NCBI GenBank assembly: GCA_964450355.1
Contig: CAYVDH010000001.1
Span: 2,767 to 66,766 of the forward strand
Reading direction: 5' to 3'
Length of the DNA: 64,000 bases
Origin: an uncultured Flavobacteriaceae bacterium
Lineage (GTDB): Bacteria > Bacteroidota > Bacteroidia > NS11-12g > UBA955
This document shows positions 38,910 through 48,527 of the stretch, piece after piece. The position numbers were made by a program, and so were the translations under genes. Position 1 is the first letter of the stretch; each line of letters starts with the position of its first letter. The notes below the pieces were generated by a model that saw only the letters and a program-made list of their open reading frames with translations, was not told the DNA's origin and made no database searches.

Positions 38910-39257
38910 TTAATTGTTAAGGCTCACGTAGTGACCTTCGAGTAACAGTAACCAAACCAAATAACTAATAAACAATATGGCTGGTAAAATAAGCATGTAT
39001 CTTAAAAACTTTTTCTCATAATTTAAGTGCATAAAAATACCAACAATTAATACTGCTTTTACAATTCCAAAAGCTATGAATATGATGTTGCGAAACAAAC
39101 TAGCTTCAGCAGCAAAATAAATAATAAAGTCAACAATGGTGATGGCTAAAAGAATCCAAAATGTTCTCCATAGACTTTTAGTACCATGAGATTCAGGGTG
39201 AGGTATATAGGTTTCTGGAATGTATTCTCCTTCGGTTGTATGATGATGATTGCTCAT
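38910..39257 (-). CDS. Cytochrome c oxidase subunit IV family protein (bacterial type)
   Basis: 115 aa with 3 TM helices, positioned directly after the subunit III genes. Confidence 0.65.
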   Translation of the reverse strand: MSNHHHTTEGEYIPETYIPHPESHGTKSLWRTFWILLAITIVDFIIYFAAEASLFRNIIFIAFGIVKAVLIVGIFMHLNYEKKFLRYMLILPAILFISYLVWLLLLEGHYVSLNN

Positions 39258-39283
39258 ATAATTTTATTTTTATTGAATGATGA

Positions 39284-40036
39284 TTAAATTAAATAATAGA
39301 ATGTGAAAACGAAAACCCATACTAAATCAACAAAGTGCCAGTATAAACCTACTTTTTCTACCATTTCATAATGACCTCTGCGCTCGTAGGTTCCGCCAAT
39401 GACGTTCAGCCAAATGATGATGTTAATTACAACTCCACTTAAAACGTGAAATCCATGGAAGCCTGTAACTATAAAGAATAAGGCTGCAAATGGCACTGGA
39501 CCTGCTTGTCTATCAGTAGGCAACCAATGAACATGGCTTCCAAAACTCAATGAATTAGCTTTATTAACCCCATCAGCAGTAAAACCAAAATTATTGGAAA
39601 ACAATCTTCCACCTTCTCCTATAAATTGTGACCACTCCCAAGCTTGACAACCCAAGAAAGCTAAACCTCCTATGATGGTTAAAAACATGTATAAAGTCAC
39701 TTGATATTTATCTTTTCTGTGTCCTGCTTCTACTGCTAGAACCATGGTTACGGATGATATAATCAAAATCAAGGTCATGACACTAACAAACAGCAAAGGC
39801 AAATGCAAACCATGAAGTAAAGGAAAATGATTAAACACTGTTGCTGGATCAGGCCAAGGAGTAATGGAACCTCCATAACTGAATCTGATGGCTCCATAAC
39901 CAACAAGCAATGAAGAAAAAGTAAAAGCATCGGATAAAAGGAAAATCCACATCATTAATTTTCCATAGCTTACCTTAAAGGGGGACTTACCGCCTTCCCA
40001 AATTGATGTTTCGTCTATTGTAGTAGTATTTGACAT
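39284..40036 (-). CDS. Cytochrome c oxidase subunit III
   Basis: 250 aa with heme-copper oxidase subunit III-like helices (FFIVTGFHGFHVLSGV, YWHFVDLVWVF). Confidence 0.85.
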   Translation of the reverse strand: MSNTTTIDETSIWEGGKSPFKVSYGKLMMWIFLLSDAFTFSSLLVGYGAIRFSYGGSITPWPDPATVFNHFPLLHGLHLPLLFVSVMTLILIISSVTMVLAVEAGHRKDKYQVTLYMFLTIIGGLAFLGCQAWEWSQFIGEGGRLFSNNFGFTADGVNKANSLSFGSHVHWLPTDRQAGPVPFAALFFIVTGFHGFHVLSGVVINIIIWLNVIGGTYERRGHYEMVEKVGLYWHFVDLVWVFVFTFYYLI

Positions 40037-40060
40037 TTAAATTTTAAAATTTTGTAATAA

Positions 40061-40660
40061 TTACACTGCGAAATAAATAAATATTATTAAATAAATCCAT
40101 AGAATTCCTAAAAAGTGCCAATATGTTTTGCAAATATTTATGAACACTAGGTTTTTTTTATGGATTTGTAATTTCGAAGACTTAACAATAGCAACGATTA
40201 GAAGGATTATCCCTCCTAAAATATGCAATAAATGAGCTAAGCTAAAAACCCATAAAAAAGAAGCAGAAATATCTCCGGCTTGCTTATTTATGATGGTTAA
40301 ACCCATTTTTAGGAGTTCTTTGTAGCCTAAAATTTGAGAAATAGTGAAGGCAATTCCAAATATCAAGGTAAAAGTTAATAAAGAAGGAATTTTATACACA
40401 TCATCTTTCTTGGCCGATTTATATGCCAATTGCATGAACACGCTGGATACAATAACAATACCTGTGCTAATCCAAAACTGAACAGGAATAGTAAAGTAGG
40501 TCCATACATTGTTTCTTATCCCATCTTCCTTGTGAACCCACATGGCACTGCTAAACCCTACAAATAGCATGATACTGGCAACAATCAACAACCACACTAT
40601 AAAGGTTTTTTCGTTGATGGCAGTTTGTTTTCCTTTTGGTTGTATTGCACTTGTTTCCAT
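40061..40660 (-). CDS. Second cytochrome oxidase subunit III-like protein
   Basis: 199 aa with motifs HLLHILGGI and YWHFLGILWIY. It is a paralogous, shorter subunit III-type protein. Confidence 0.7.
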   Translation of the reverse strand: METSAIQPKGKQTAINEKTFIVWLLIVASIMLFVGFSSAMWVHKEDGIRNNVWTYFTIPVQFWISTGIVIVSSVFMQLAYKSAKKDDVYKIPSLLTFTLIFGIAFTISQILGYKELLKMGLTIINKQAGDISASFLWVFSLAHLLHILGGIILLIVAIVKSSKLQIHKKNLVFINICKTYWHFLGILWIYLIIFIYFAV

Positions 40661-40666
40661 TTTTAT

Positions 40667-41563
40667 TTAAAAAAAATAACTAATTAATATTAAAGGCATG
40701 TATAATAATGAAGCAAACATTAATCTTTTAGCGCTTACTTCACTTAAATCTGAATACAATTGATATGCTCTGTAAAGCAAATACATAGCACAAGGTACAA
40801 TGATAATCAAACTGTAAATGGTAGAAAATTTAGAAGATAACACTGGATAAATGGTAATTATAAACAAAATACCCGTGTACCATATAATTTGTAAGGCGTT
40901 TTTTTTGGTTCTGCCTTCGTAAGATGGCAATAAAGTGTAACCAGCTTTTCTGTAATCGTTTTCGAGCAACCAAGCAATGGACCAAAAATGTGGAAATTGC
41001 CAAAAAAACTGTATGCTAAAAAACAGGATTGCCATGTCATCTATATTGCCTACTACAGCTATCCAACCAATAGATGCAGGCAATGCTCCAGGAACTGCGC
41101 CTACAAAAACAGCAAAAGGGGATATTTTTTTTAATGGAGTATATGCTAAAACATAAATAAAGAAGGACAACAATGATAACAATGCACATCGTCCATTGAC
41201 TAGAATTGTCAGCATTAACAAACCAATGATGACGCTTACAGAAGCAAACCAAATGGCATCATTTTTTGATATTTTACTATTTGCTACTGGTCTATCCATA
41301 GTTCTAGACATTAGCTTATCAGTATCAATTTCAATCACTTGGTTTAAAGCATTAGCCGAAATAACCACCAACAATCCTCCAATTACAAGTCCAAAAAACA
41401 GCAACCAATCAAAACTTAAACCAGTTTTATATAAACCCAAAAAATAAGTTATTATAGTAGTTCCTACAACAGAAACGCTCAATCTGAATTTACTTAATTG
41501 AAAATATTGAGCAAACAATTCTTTACTTAATGGCTCGGCTTTATTTATCAATGTATTATCCAA
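40667..41563 (-). CDS. cyoE: Protoheme IX farnesyltransferase (heme O synthase)
   Basis: UbiA-family motifs (NQVIEIDTDKLMSRTMDRP); 298 aa, adjacent to ctaA. Confidence 0.9.
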   Translation of the reverse strand: MDNTLINKAEPLSKELFAQYFQLSKFRLSVSVVGTTIITYFLGLYKTGLSFDWLLFFGLVIGGLLVVISANALNQVIEIDTDKLMSRTMDRPVANSKISKNDAIWFASVSVIIGLLMLTILVNGRCALLSLLSFFIYVLAYTPLKKISPFAVFVGAVPGALPASIGWIAVVGNIDDMAILFFSIQFFWQFPHFWSIAWLLENDYRKAGYTLLPSYEGRTKKNALQIIWYTGILFIITIYPVLSSKFSTIYSLIIIVPCAMYLLYRAYQLYSDLSEVSAKRLMFASLLYMPLILISYFF

Positions 41564-41564
41564 A

Positions 41565-42596
41565 TTATCGAATTTTAGGATTAAAAATTAATTGGCAAAG
41601 ATACACAGTAATTGTGAATATAACACCTGCTAAAAACACATGCATCACTTGAAATACTAAGGGAAATTGAAATCTTAAATTAAATACTCCACTTAAATAC
41701 TGTAAACACAACAATGCTAGAACGACTATGAGTAAATTTAAGCTGAGTTTATCTTTCATTGATTTATTTTTAAACAAGATAAAACCAGTAAAAAAAATAA
41801 CCACTAAAGCCAATGCCCTGTGTAAATAAAATGAAAATCCTAATGAATCTAAATTCATGGTATTATTTGCATAAAGAGTACCATTAGCAATAGCCAAATC
41901 AGATGTATGTCTCAATTGCGTTCCAAATAAAATTTGAACTAAACTTAAAATCAATAAAAACACTATCCACCACTTGTATTTTATCAAATTAATGTTGTTT
42001 TCGTTCAATTGAGGGGCAAAAACACTTAACATAAAAAACACTAAAGCAGCATACGCTAATAAATAATGAATTGAAACAATGATTGAAAACAAATTAGTAG
42101 CAACAACAATGCTTCCTAGCCAACCGTTAAACAACATAAAAAAGAACCCTAAAATGCCAAACCAAAATTGTTTTTTATTTGAATTGAATTTTGTTTTAAA
42201 TAAAGTTAAAAAAAATACTAAAGAAAACAACCCAGACAATACCCCTATTATTCTATTGATGTATTCTGTCCACGCTTTTCTAACGTTGAATTCTTCAGGC
42301 AAATAAACAGTATTGTCGTTTAACAATTGTTCAGCCTCTTTTTTAAATCCAATGCTCTTTAATAACCCTGCAAATTTGTTGACTTTTTTTATTCTTTTTT
42401 GCAAATGTACATCTTGATAATTGGGAGGCAATTGTGAAACATCTGAAGGAGGTATGTATCCATCAAAACATTTAGGCCAATCGGGGCAACCCATGCCACT
42501 TCCTGTGCTTCTTACAAATCCACCTGCCAATAACAACAATAAAACAAAAGATATTGAAAGTAAACCAGAAACTTTATTTATTTTTTGATAATTCAA
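41565..42596 (-). CDS. ctaA: Heme A synthase (COX15/CtaA family)
   Basis: 343 aa with 8 TM helices and a Cys pair in the first loop (GMGCPDWPKC). Confidence 0.8.
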   Translation of the reverse strand: MNYQKINKVSGLLSISFVLLLLLAGGFVRSTGSGMGCPDWPKCFDGYIPPSDVSQLPPNYQDVHLQKRIKKVNKFAGLLKSIGFKKEAEQLLNDNTVYLPEEFNVRKAWTEYINRIIGVLSGLFSLVFFLTLFKTKFNSNKKQFWFGILGFFFMLFNGWLGSIVVATNLFSIIVSIHYLLAYAALVFFMLSVFAPQLNENNINLIKYKWWIVFLLILSLVQILFGTQLRHTSDLAIANGTLYANNTMNLDSLGFSFYLHRALALVVIFFTGFILFKNKSMKDKLSLNLLIVVLALLCLQYLSGVFNLRFQFPLVFQVMHVFLAGVIFTITVYLCQLIFNPKIR

Positions 42597-42652
42597 GTCA
42601 GACTAAATTAAGCTTTAAAACCAGTTTACACTTTTTCCATTTTAAAGCACTG

Positions 42653-42660
42653 CAAAGGTA
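42653..42660 (-). promoter_or_regulatory. Candidate -7 element TACCTTTG for the ctaA array
   Basis: 56 nt upstream of the ctaA ATG (42596). Confidence 0.4.
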
Positions 42661-42693
42661 AACAAATATCAGTTTTAATCAATATTTTTTCCA

Positions 42694-42720
42694 TAAAAAA
42701 AGCCCCCATTTCTGGAGGCT
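42694..42720 (-). terminator. Rho-independent terminator downstream of ctaD
   Basis: Stem agccccc/ggaggct with a 6-nt loop, followed on the minus strand by a 7-nt T run. Confidence 0.65.
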
Positions 42721-42740
42721 CATCTTTATAATTAATTAAG

Positions 42741-44651
42741 TTACGCTAATTTGGTTTTAAACAATCTAACAAAGGAACTAAAGAAAACTTGTGAAGGTCT
42801 TTCATTGTTCACATTCATGTTAACTGTTTCGTTATTGGTGCTTGGCGCTTCGTAATGAGCTGGCTCACCATTTCCTATTTCGTTTTGAGGGAAATAATCC
42901 AATTCTCTATCTGGTCGGCTGTATTCATGAGGACCTCTGTAAACAGTAGGTATAGCTCCATGCCAGTTACCATGTACATGTTCTACTTCTGTAGTCCATT
43001 CAAGGGTATTAGATTCCCAAGGGTTTTTGGTTGCTTTTTTACCAATAAAAATATTTGAGAAGAAATTGTAAATGAAAAACAATTGTCCAATTCCTCCAAT
43101 AAATGCTGCAATTGTAATTAATACATTTACATCCATCCATATTCCAAATTCAGGAATTAATGAAAACTCATAATATCTACGTGGTACACCAGCTAATCCC
43201 ATAAAATGCATTGGGAAAAACACAAGGTAAGCTGAAATGAATGTAAACCAAAAGTGAAGACTTCCTAAGGTTTTATTCATCATGCGACCAAACATTTTAG
43301 GATACCAGTGATAAATTCCGCTAAACATACCAAATATAGCTGCGCTACCCATTACCAAGTGGAAATGTGCTACCACAAAATAACTGTCGTGAAGTTGAAC
43401 ATCCAATGCTGCATTTCCTAAATAGATACCTGTCAATCCGCCTGATATAAACAAAGAAACTAGACCTATGGCAAATAACATGGCTGGAGTGAAACGAATA
43501 TTCCCTTTCCATAAAGTAGAAAGGTAGTTAAATGTTTTCACAGCAGAAGGTACTGCAATAATCAAGGTGACATACATAAATACTGTTCCTAAAAACGGAT
43601 TCATTCCTGTAATGAACATGTGGTGACCCCAAACTATGAATGACAAGAAAGAAATTCCTATCAAAGATATCACCATGGCTGTATATCCAAAAATTGGCTT
43701 TCTAGCATTTGTAGCAATTACTTCAGAGGTAATACCCAGTGCAGGCATTAAAATGATGTAAACCTCTGGGTGACCTAAGAACCAAAATAAGTGTTGGAAC
43801 ATGATAGGACTACCACCACTGTTTGTTAAAGCTCCAATGTTATTCAAATAAATATCACTCAAGTAAAAACTGGTTCCAAAACTTCTATCAAAAATCAAAA
43901 ATAATCCAGCTCCTAATAAAACAGGGAAAGATAATAATCCTAAAATGGCAGTTAATAAAAATGCCCAAATGGTTAAAGGCAATCTGTTCATTGACATTCC
44001 CTTTGTTCTCATGTTTAATACTGTAGTTATATAATTGATACCACCTAATAAAGAAGACACAATGAATAACACAATAGCAACAAGCCACAAGGTTGTTCCT
44101 AATCCAGAGCCAGGCATGGCTTTAGGCAAGGCGCTTAATGGCGGATATACTGTCCAACCGCTAGATGCAGGTCCTGTTTCAACAAAGAAGGAAGACATTA
44201 ATACACAAGAAGATAAAAAGAAAAACCAATAAGACAACATGTTCATGAAGGGAGATGCCATATCTCTTGCTCCTACTTGTAAAGGAATTAATAAGTTACT
44301 AAAAGTTCCACTTAATCCAGCTGTAAGTACATAAAACACCATAATGGTACCGTGTATGGTAACAAGTGCCATGTAATAGTTAGGATCTAATTTACCTCCT
44401 TTAGCCCACTTTCCTAACAAACTTTCTAATATTGGAAAAGTTTCATTAGGCCATGCTAACTGCATTCTGAAAAGTAAAGACATTCCCATTCCAAAACAAC
44501 CCATGATGATACCAGTTATTAAGAACTGTTTTGAAATCATCTTGTGATCTGTACTGAAAACGTATTTTCTAATAAATGATGGCTCGTGATGCTCGTGGTG
44601 AGCATGATCATCATGATGAGCGTGTGTTTCTTTTATTGTATCGGTACTCAT
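42741..44651 (-). CDS. ctaD: Cytochrome c oxidase subunit I
   Basis: 636 aa with canonical heme-copper motifs (WFFGHPEVYI-type segment FWFLGHPEVYIIL; HHMF). It has a His-rich N-terminal extension. Confidence 0.95.
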   Translation of the reverse strand: MSTDTIKETHAHHDDHAHHEHHEPSFIRKYVFSTDHKMISKQFLITGIIMGCFGMGMSLLFRMQLAWPNETFPILESLLGKWAKGGKLDPNYYMALVTIHGTIMVFYVLTAGLSGTFSNLLIPLQVGARDMASPFMNMLSYWFFFLSSCVLMSSFFVETGPASSGWTVYPPLSALPKAMPGSGLGTTLWLVAIVLFIVSSLLGGINYITTVLNMRTKGMSMNRLPLTIWAFLLTAILGLLSFPVLLGAGLFLIFDRSFGTSFYLSDIYLNNIGALTNSGGSPIMFQHLFWFLGHPEVYIILMPALGITSEVIATNARKPIFGYTAMVISLIGISFLSFIVWGHHMFITGMNPFLGTVFMYVTLIIAVPSAVKTFNYLSTLWKGNIRFTPAMLFAIGLVSLFISGGLTGIYLGNAALDVQLHDSYFVVAHFHLVMGSAAIFGMFSGIYHWYPKMFGRMMNKTLGSLHFWFTFISAYLVFFPMHFMGLAGVPRRYYEFSLIPEFGIWMDVNVLITIAAFIGGIGQLFFIYNFFSNIFIGKKATKNPWESNTLEWTTEVEHVHGNWHGAIPTVYRGPHEYSRPDRELDYFPQNEIGNGEPAHYEAPSTNNETVNMNVNNERPSQVFFSSFVRLFKTKLA

Positions 44652-44660
44652 GCTTTTTTT

Positions 44661-46235
44661 TTATTTTACTGCTAATTTTTTATTTGAACTTAATGAATCT
44701 ACTTTGTTACTTGTACTATCAGATGTTTGATTTGCATTTGGAGTTGCAGGAGTTGTTTCTACAGCTATGTTTTTACCAAAAGCTGTAGGTTGTTCTGCTA
44801 ACCATTTTTCATAATCTGCTTTTTCTTCAACCACTACTTTTAATTTCATTCCATAATGAGAAGTTCCACATATTTTATTGCAATATAAATAGAATTCAAA
44901 CTCTTCACCGTTTTCTGCTTTAGCTTGAGCGGTAGTTTTTGTTGGAATAAAAGTTAATTTAGTAGGCAATCCAGGAACAACGTTCATTTGAGCTCTGAAG
45001 TGAGGCAACCAAGCACTGTGAATGATGTCTCTGGAGCGGAACAATAAAGTAACTGGTTGTCCTTTTACCAAATGAAGCTCTTGTGTTATCACATCGTCTT
45101 CTGCATGATTAGAAACAAATTTACTGTATAAATTGTTTTTGTTAGAATTGTTTTTATCTTTTAAAATGTCATTAACTCTTTGTTTTTGAATCTTTTTTCT
45201 ATTTAAGGAAGCTTCTAAGTCTGACATCATTTCTCCATTTTTCAATGTTTCGATTTCATCTTCAATTCCTTCCATTGCTGTATAGTCTTTTAAATCATCT
45301 GCTGCTTTGTAATCAGCTTCCAATTGAGCCAACTTTGCTCCAGATTTCACTTTTTGAATTTCTCTCTCAACTTTTACTATGGCAGTGTCTAGTTCCACTA
45401 ACATTTCTAGGATAGCAGGCTCATATCCCAATCCTAATTTATTGTTAGATTCAGAAATGAATTTATAATCCATTTTGCCTAGTTCACCATCTTTACCAGC
45501 ATATCTGGCATTCCAACCAAATTGGTAAGCAAATATTTCAATTTTAGTAGGGTTGCTTTTTTCTCCTGCATACATGATGCTATTCCAAGTTTTGTGGCCT
45601 CTTAATACTAAAATAGTTAACACTATTGCAGGAATAATGGTCCAAAATACTTCCAATTTGTTGTTGTGAGAATAATACAACGCCTTTCTGTTTGGATTGT
45701 AAGTATATTTAAAGGCAAACCAAAACAATAAAAACTGAGTAATAACAAATACAATGGTAGTCAGAATTAAGGTAATTTGGAACATGCTGTCGTAAGTAGC
45801 TCCATGTTCACTTGCAGCATTTCCTAAAAGGACATGTTTACCATGGTTTTTGTATTCCCATGCTACGGCTGCTAACCCAACAATCATGAATATCAACATC
45901 AACCATGAATTAAATTTATTTCCGTTGAGGGTTTCTTTTCCTGTTATTTTTGAAGTGATTGCTGCTATATCAAAAGCAGATGCAATAACCAATACAAGTA
46001 ATACAACAAAAATAAGCAATCCCCATTTGATTTTGTTTTCTAAACTTTTTTCAGGTGTATCTATTTTTGCAGGATCGTACTTGAACTCATCTGCCCCGAA
46101 AAGAGGTTTCTCGGCATAGGTGTTCTCTGTTTGATGACTTTTAATGTCCACCGATTGAAAAGAGGTGTATGACAGAATGAAAAAAGCAAAAGCTGCTAGA
46201 AATACTTTAAGAATGGTTTTTATTTTTTTATTCAT
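44661..46235 (-). CDS. ctaC: Cytochrome c oxidase subunit II (CuA type, extended form)
   Basis: CuA ligands DIIHSAWLPHF and CNKICGTSHYGM. There are extra N-terminal TM helices and a long charged insertion, and no CxxCH heme c motif. Confidence 0.85.
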   Translation of the reverse strand: MNKKIKTILKVFLAAFAFFILSYTSFQSVDIKSHQTENTYAEKPLFGADEFKYDPAKIDTPEKSLENKIKWGLLIFVVLLVLVIASAFDIAAITSKITGKETLNGNKFNSWLMLIFMIVGLAAVAWEYKNHGKHVLLGNAASEHGATYDSMFQITLILTTIVFVITQFLLFWFAFKYTYNPNRKALYYSHNNKLEVFWTIIPAIVLTILVLRGHKTWNSIMYAGEKSNPTKIEIFAYQFGWNARYAGKDGELGKMDYKFISESNNKLGLGYEPAILEMLVELDTAIVKVEREIQKVKSGAKLAQLEADYKAADDLKDYTAMEGIEDEIETLKNGEMMSDLEASLNRKKIQKQRVNDILKDKNNSNKNNLYSKFVSNHAEDDVITQELHLVKGQPVTLLFRSRDIIHSAWLPHFRAQMNVVPGLPTKLTFIPTKTTAQAKAENGEEFEFYLYCNKICGTSHYGMKLKVVVEEKADYEKWLAEQPTAFGKNIAVETTPATPNANQTSDSTSNKVDSLSSNKKLAVK

Positions 46236-46276
46236 TTCAATAAATGCTTCTAAGATTATATATCTTTAGTTGGTCG

Positions 46277-46284
46277 CAAATTTA
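46277..46284 (-). promoter_or_regulatory. Candidate -7 element TAAATTTG for ctaC-ctaD
   Basis: 41 nt upstream of the ctaC ATG (46235). Confidence 0.45.
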
Positions 46285-46372
46285 TTGTTATTTTTCAAGA
46301 ATTGTAAAAAAAAACTTACTTAATTTTATAAACAATATAAAACACTGCAAAACAGAGGTTTAATAGTTTTAA

Positions 46373-46888
46373 TTAACGTAATCTATCAACTGAAGCAAGT
46401 AGTTTAATGTCTTTTTTAATTCCTTTAAAGGCTAAATAATTAAATAAAAATAAACTCAAACCTATAAAAAATCCCAAATATGTTTGTGAGTCAAAAGTTG
46501 ACTGAAACAAGTTTGTTACTTTGTATTTTTGATAAACTATATAAAAATTCACTAACCCTATGAATAAGGTATTAAACATCACTAAACGAAGTTGAAGAGC
46601 TAAATTTTTAAATAAAAAGATAGATACTAAAGCCATTAGCAATGCAATTAACAAAGAATAGGTAATTAAATTGTTTTTATGTTCAAACCTGGAATTATCG
46701 TTATTTAAATCAAAAACAGTTTTATTCATAAAAATATCGTAAGTTATTTTTTCACTAGGATTGACAATGGTTTCAGATTCTTTTGCTCCCATTCCAATTC
46801 CTGAAGATATTTTCAAATTCCCAAACATCATGATGGAGGTTACTAAAACAATTACCAATAAATATACTGATTGAATTCTTTGAATCAT
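46373..46888 (-). CDS. DUF4293-like membrane protein
   Basis: MIQRIQSVYLLVIVLV... N-terminus and 4 TM helices. Confidence 0.65.
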   Translation of the reverse strand: MIQRIQSVYLLVIVLVTSIMMFGNLKISSGIGMGAKESETIVNPSEKITYDIFMNKTVFDLNNDNSRFEHKNNLITYSLLIALLMALVSIFLFKNLALQLRLVMFNTLFIGLVNFYIVYQKYKVTNLFQSTFDSQTYLGFFIGLSLFLFNYLAFKGIKKDIKLLASVDRLR

Positions 46889-46893
46889 GGTGG

Positions 46894-46901
46894 CAAAAAT
46901 A
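46894..46901 (-). promoter_or_regulatory. Candidate -7 element TATTTTTG, 5 nt from the start codon at 46888
   Basis: caaaaata at 46894..46901; a leaderless-type arrangement. Confidence 0.4.
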
Positions 46902-46908
46902 ATTATTT

Positions 46909-48165
46909 TTATGTCTTTAATTTTTTCTTTTTTGCACTAGGGAACAATATATTGTTCAGTATCAATCTATATCCAGGGCTATTAGGAAACAAAGCTAAGT
47001 TTGTTGGCGGCTCTCCTACCATGTGTTGGTAATCCTCTGGGTCGTGTCCACTGTAAAAAGTCCAAGTGCCTTTACCCATGGTTCCGTGTATATATCGGGC
47101 TTCATTTGCAGCTTTGTATTCTCCCATCACCAATACCTCCGGTTTGATGAATTGTTTTCTGAATGCAGTAGTTTGTCCCATAAACCCTTTGATGGTTTGG
47201 GTGTGGTTTTGACACAACATAGTAGGTATGACATCCCATTTTGCACTGAAATCAAACAAGGTAAAATTGTCGTCTTTTTCCTGAACATTTCTGTAATTGG
47301 TATTGTCAATAGTAGCGTGTTCATAGGCATAAGGACTGGTTTCTAAAGTGTAGTCTTTAAAAGCAAATCCATTGTCAAATTTAATTTTTGTTTGAGCATA
47401 AGGATCGGCTCCATCTCCATCAAACATACTTTCACAGATATCAATACCATCTGCTGCCAAAGCGATATCATAAGTATCTGTAGCGCTACACATCGCAAAT
47501 AAAAAACCTCCACCTAAACAAAAGTCTCTTATTTTTTTAGCCACAGCTGCTTTCATTTCCGACACTTTTTTGTATCCATTTCTTGTTGCACAAGCTTCGT
47601 TTTCTTTTACATCTTCTAAGTACCATGGGGCATTTCGGTATCCATACCAAAATTTTCCATATTGTCCTGTAAAATCTTCGTGATGTAAATGCAACCAATC
47701 GTATGTAAGCAGCTTCTCTTGTAACACTTCATCATCATATACTTTGTCATAAGGAATTTCAGAATATTCTAAAACCATGGTTACTGCATCGTCCCAAGGC
47801 TGTTTGTTTTTGGGCGAATACACTGCTATTTTAGGAACTTTAAGCAATTTAACACTTTCCATGTTTACCTCGGGATTACTGATTTCTACTTGAATGGAAT
47901 TAGCTTTAGCTTCAGTAATGATTTGGTAATCTACTCCCCTAATTTTACATTCATTTTCATATTCTGTTTCAAATGGGAACATGAAACTTCCGCCTTCGTA
48001 ATTCAATAGCCAATCTACTTCTGCGCCTTTTTGCAACACCCAATAAGCAATGCCATAGGCTTTCAAATGATTTTTCTGTCCTTCGTCCATAGAAATTAAT
48101 ATTTGTAAGGGATACAAATTTGTAATGCTAACGAAAGTCAAAATAAATGCTGCTATTTTTTTCAT
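46909..48165 (-). CDS. Hypothetical secreted protein (from memory, this family is often auto-annotated as asparagine synthetase B-like)
   Basis: 418 aa with a signal peptide. It overlaps the crcB stop by 4 nt. I recognised no catalytic motif. Confidence 0.45.
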   Translation of the reverse strand: MKKIAAFILTFVSITNLYPLQILISMDEGQKNHLKAYGIAYWVLQKGAEVDWLLNYEGGSFMFPFETEYENECKIRGVDYQIITEAKANSIQVEISNPEVNMESVKLLKVPKIAVYSPKNKQPWDDAVTMVLEYSEIPYDKVYDDEVLQEKLLTYDWLHLHHEDFTGQYGKFWYGYRNAPWYLEDVKENEACATRNGYKKVSEMKAAVAKKIRDFCLGGGFLFAMCSATDTYDIALAADGIDICESMFDGDGADPYAQTKIKFDNGFAFKDYTLETSPYAYEHATIDNTNYRNVQEKDDNFTLFDFSAKWDVIPTMLCQNHTQTIKGFMGQTTAFRKQFIKPEVLVMGEYKAANEARYIHGTMGKGTWTFYSGHDPEDYQHMVGEPPTNLALFPNSPGYRLILNNILFPSAKKKKLKT

Positions 48166-48527
48166 TTCAATCCTTTGATAAAAATAATGTAAGTAAGTCC
48201 TAATCCTACAAAGTTAGTTAAAAAAAAATAAATAAACGCCATCATGTAATGTTGATTTTTTAACAACAATACAGTTTCCATAGAAAAAGATGAAAAGGTA
48301 GTGAATCCTCCAAGTATTCCAGTAATGATAAATAATTGATACGCTTCTAAACCTTTGTTTTTAAAAAAATAAATGGACATAAGCCCAATTAATACACATC
48401 CAATTATATTCGCTGAAAATGTAGCAAATGGAAAACTGTTGCCATCTGATTTACCAATTATCATTTGTAATATAAACCGTAAAACAGCTCCTATACCACC
48501 TCCAATAAACACCATTAAATAGTTCAT
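48162..48527 (-). CDS. crcB: Fluoride ion channel CrcB/FluC
   Basis: 121 aa with 4 TM helices: MNYLMVFIGGGIGAVLRF... and GILGGFTTFSSF. Confidence 0.85.
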   Translation of the reverse strand: MNYLMVFIGGGIGAVLRFILQMIIGKSDGNSFPFATFSANIIGCVLIGLMSIYFFKNKGLEAYQLFIITGILGGFTTFSSFSMETVLLLKNQHYMMAFIYFFLTNFVGLGLTYIIFIKGLK

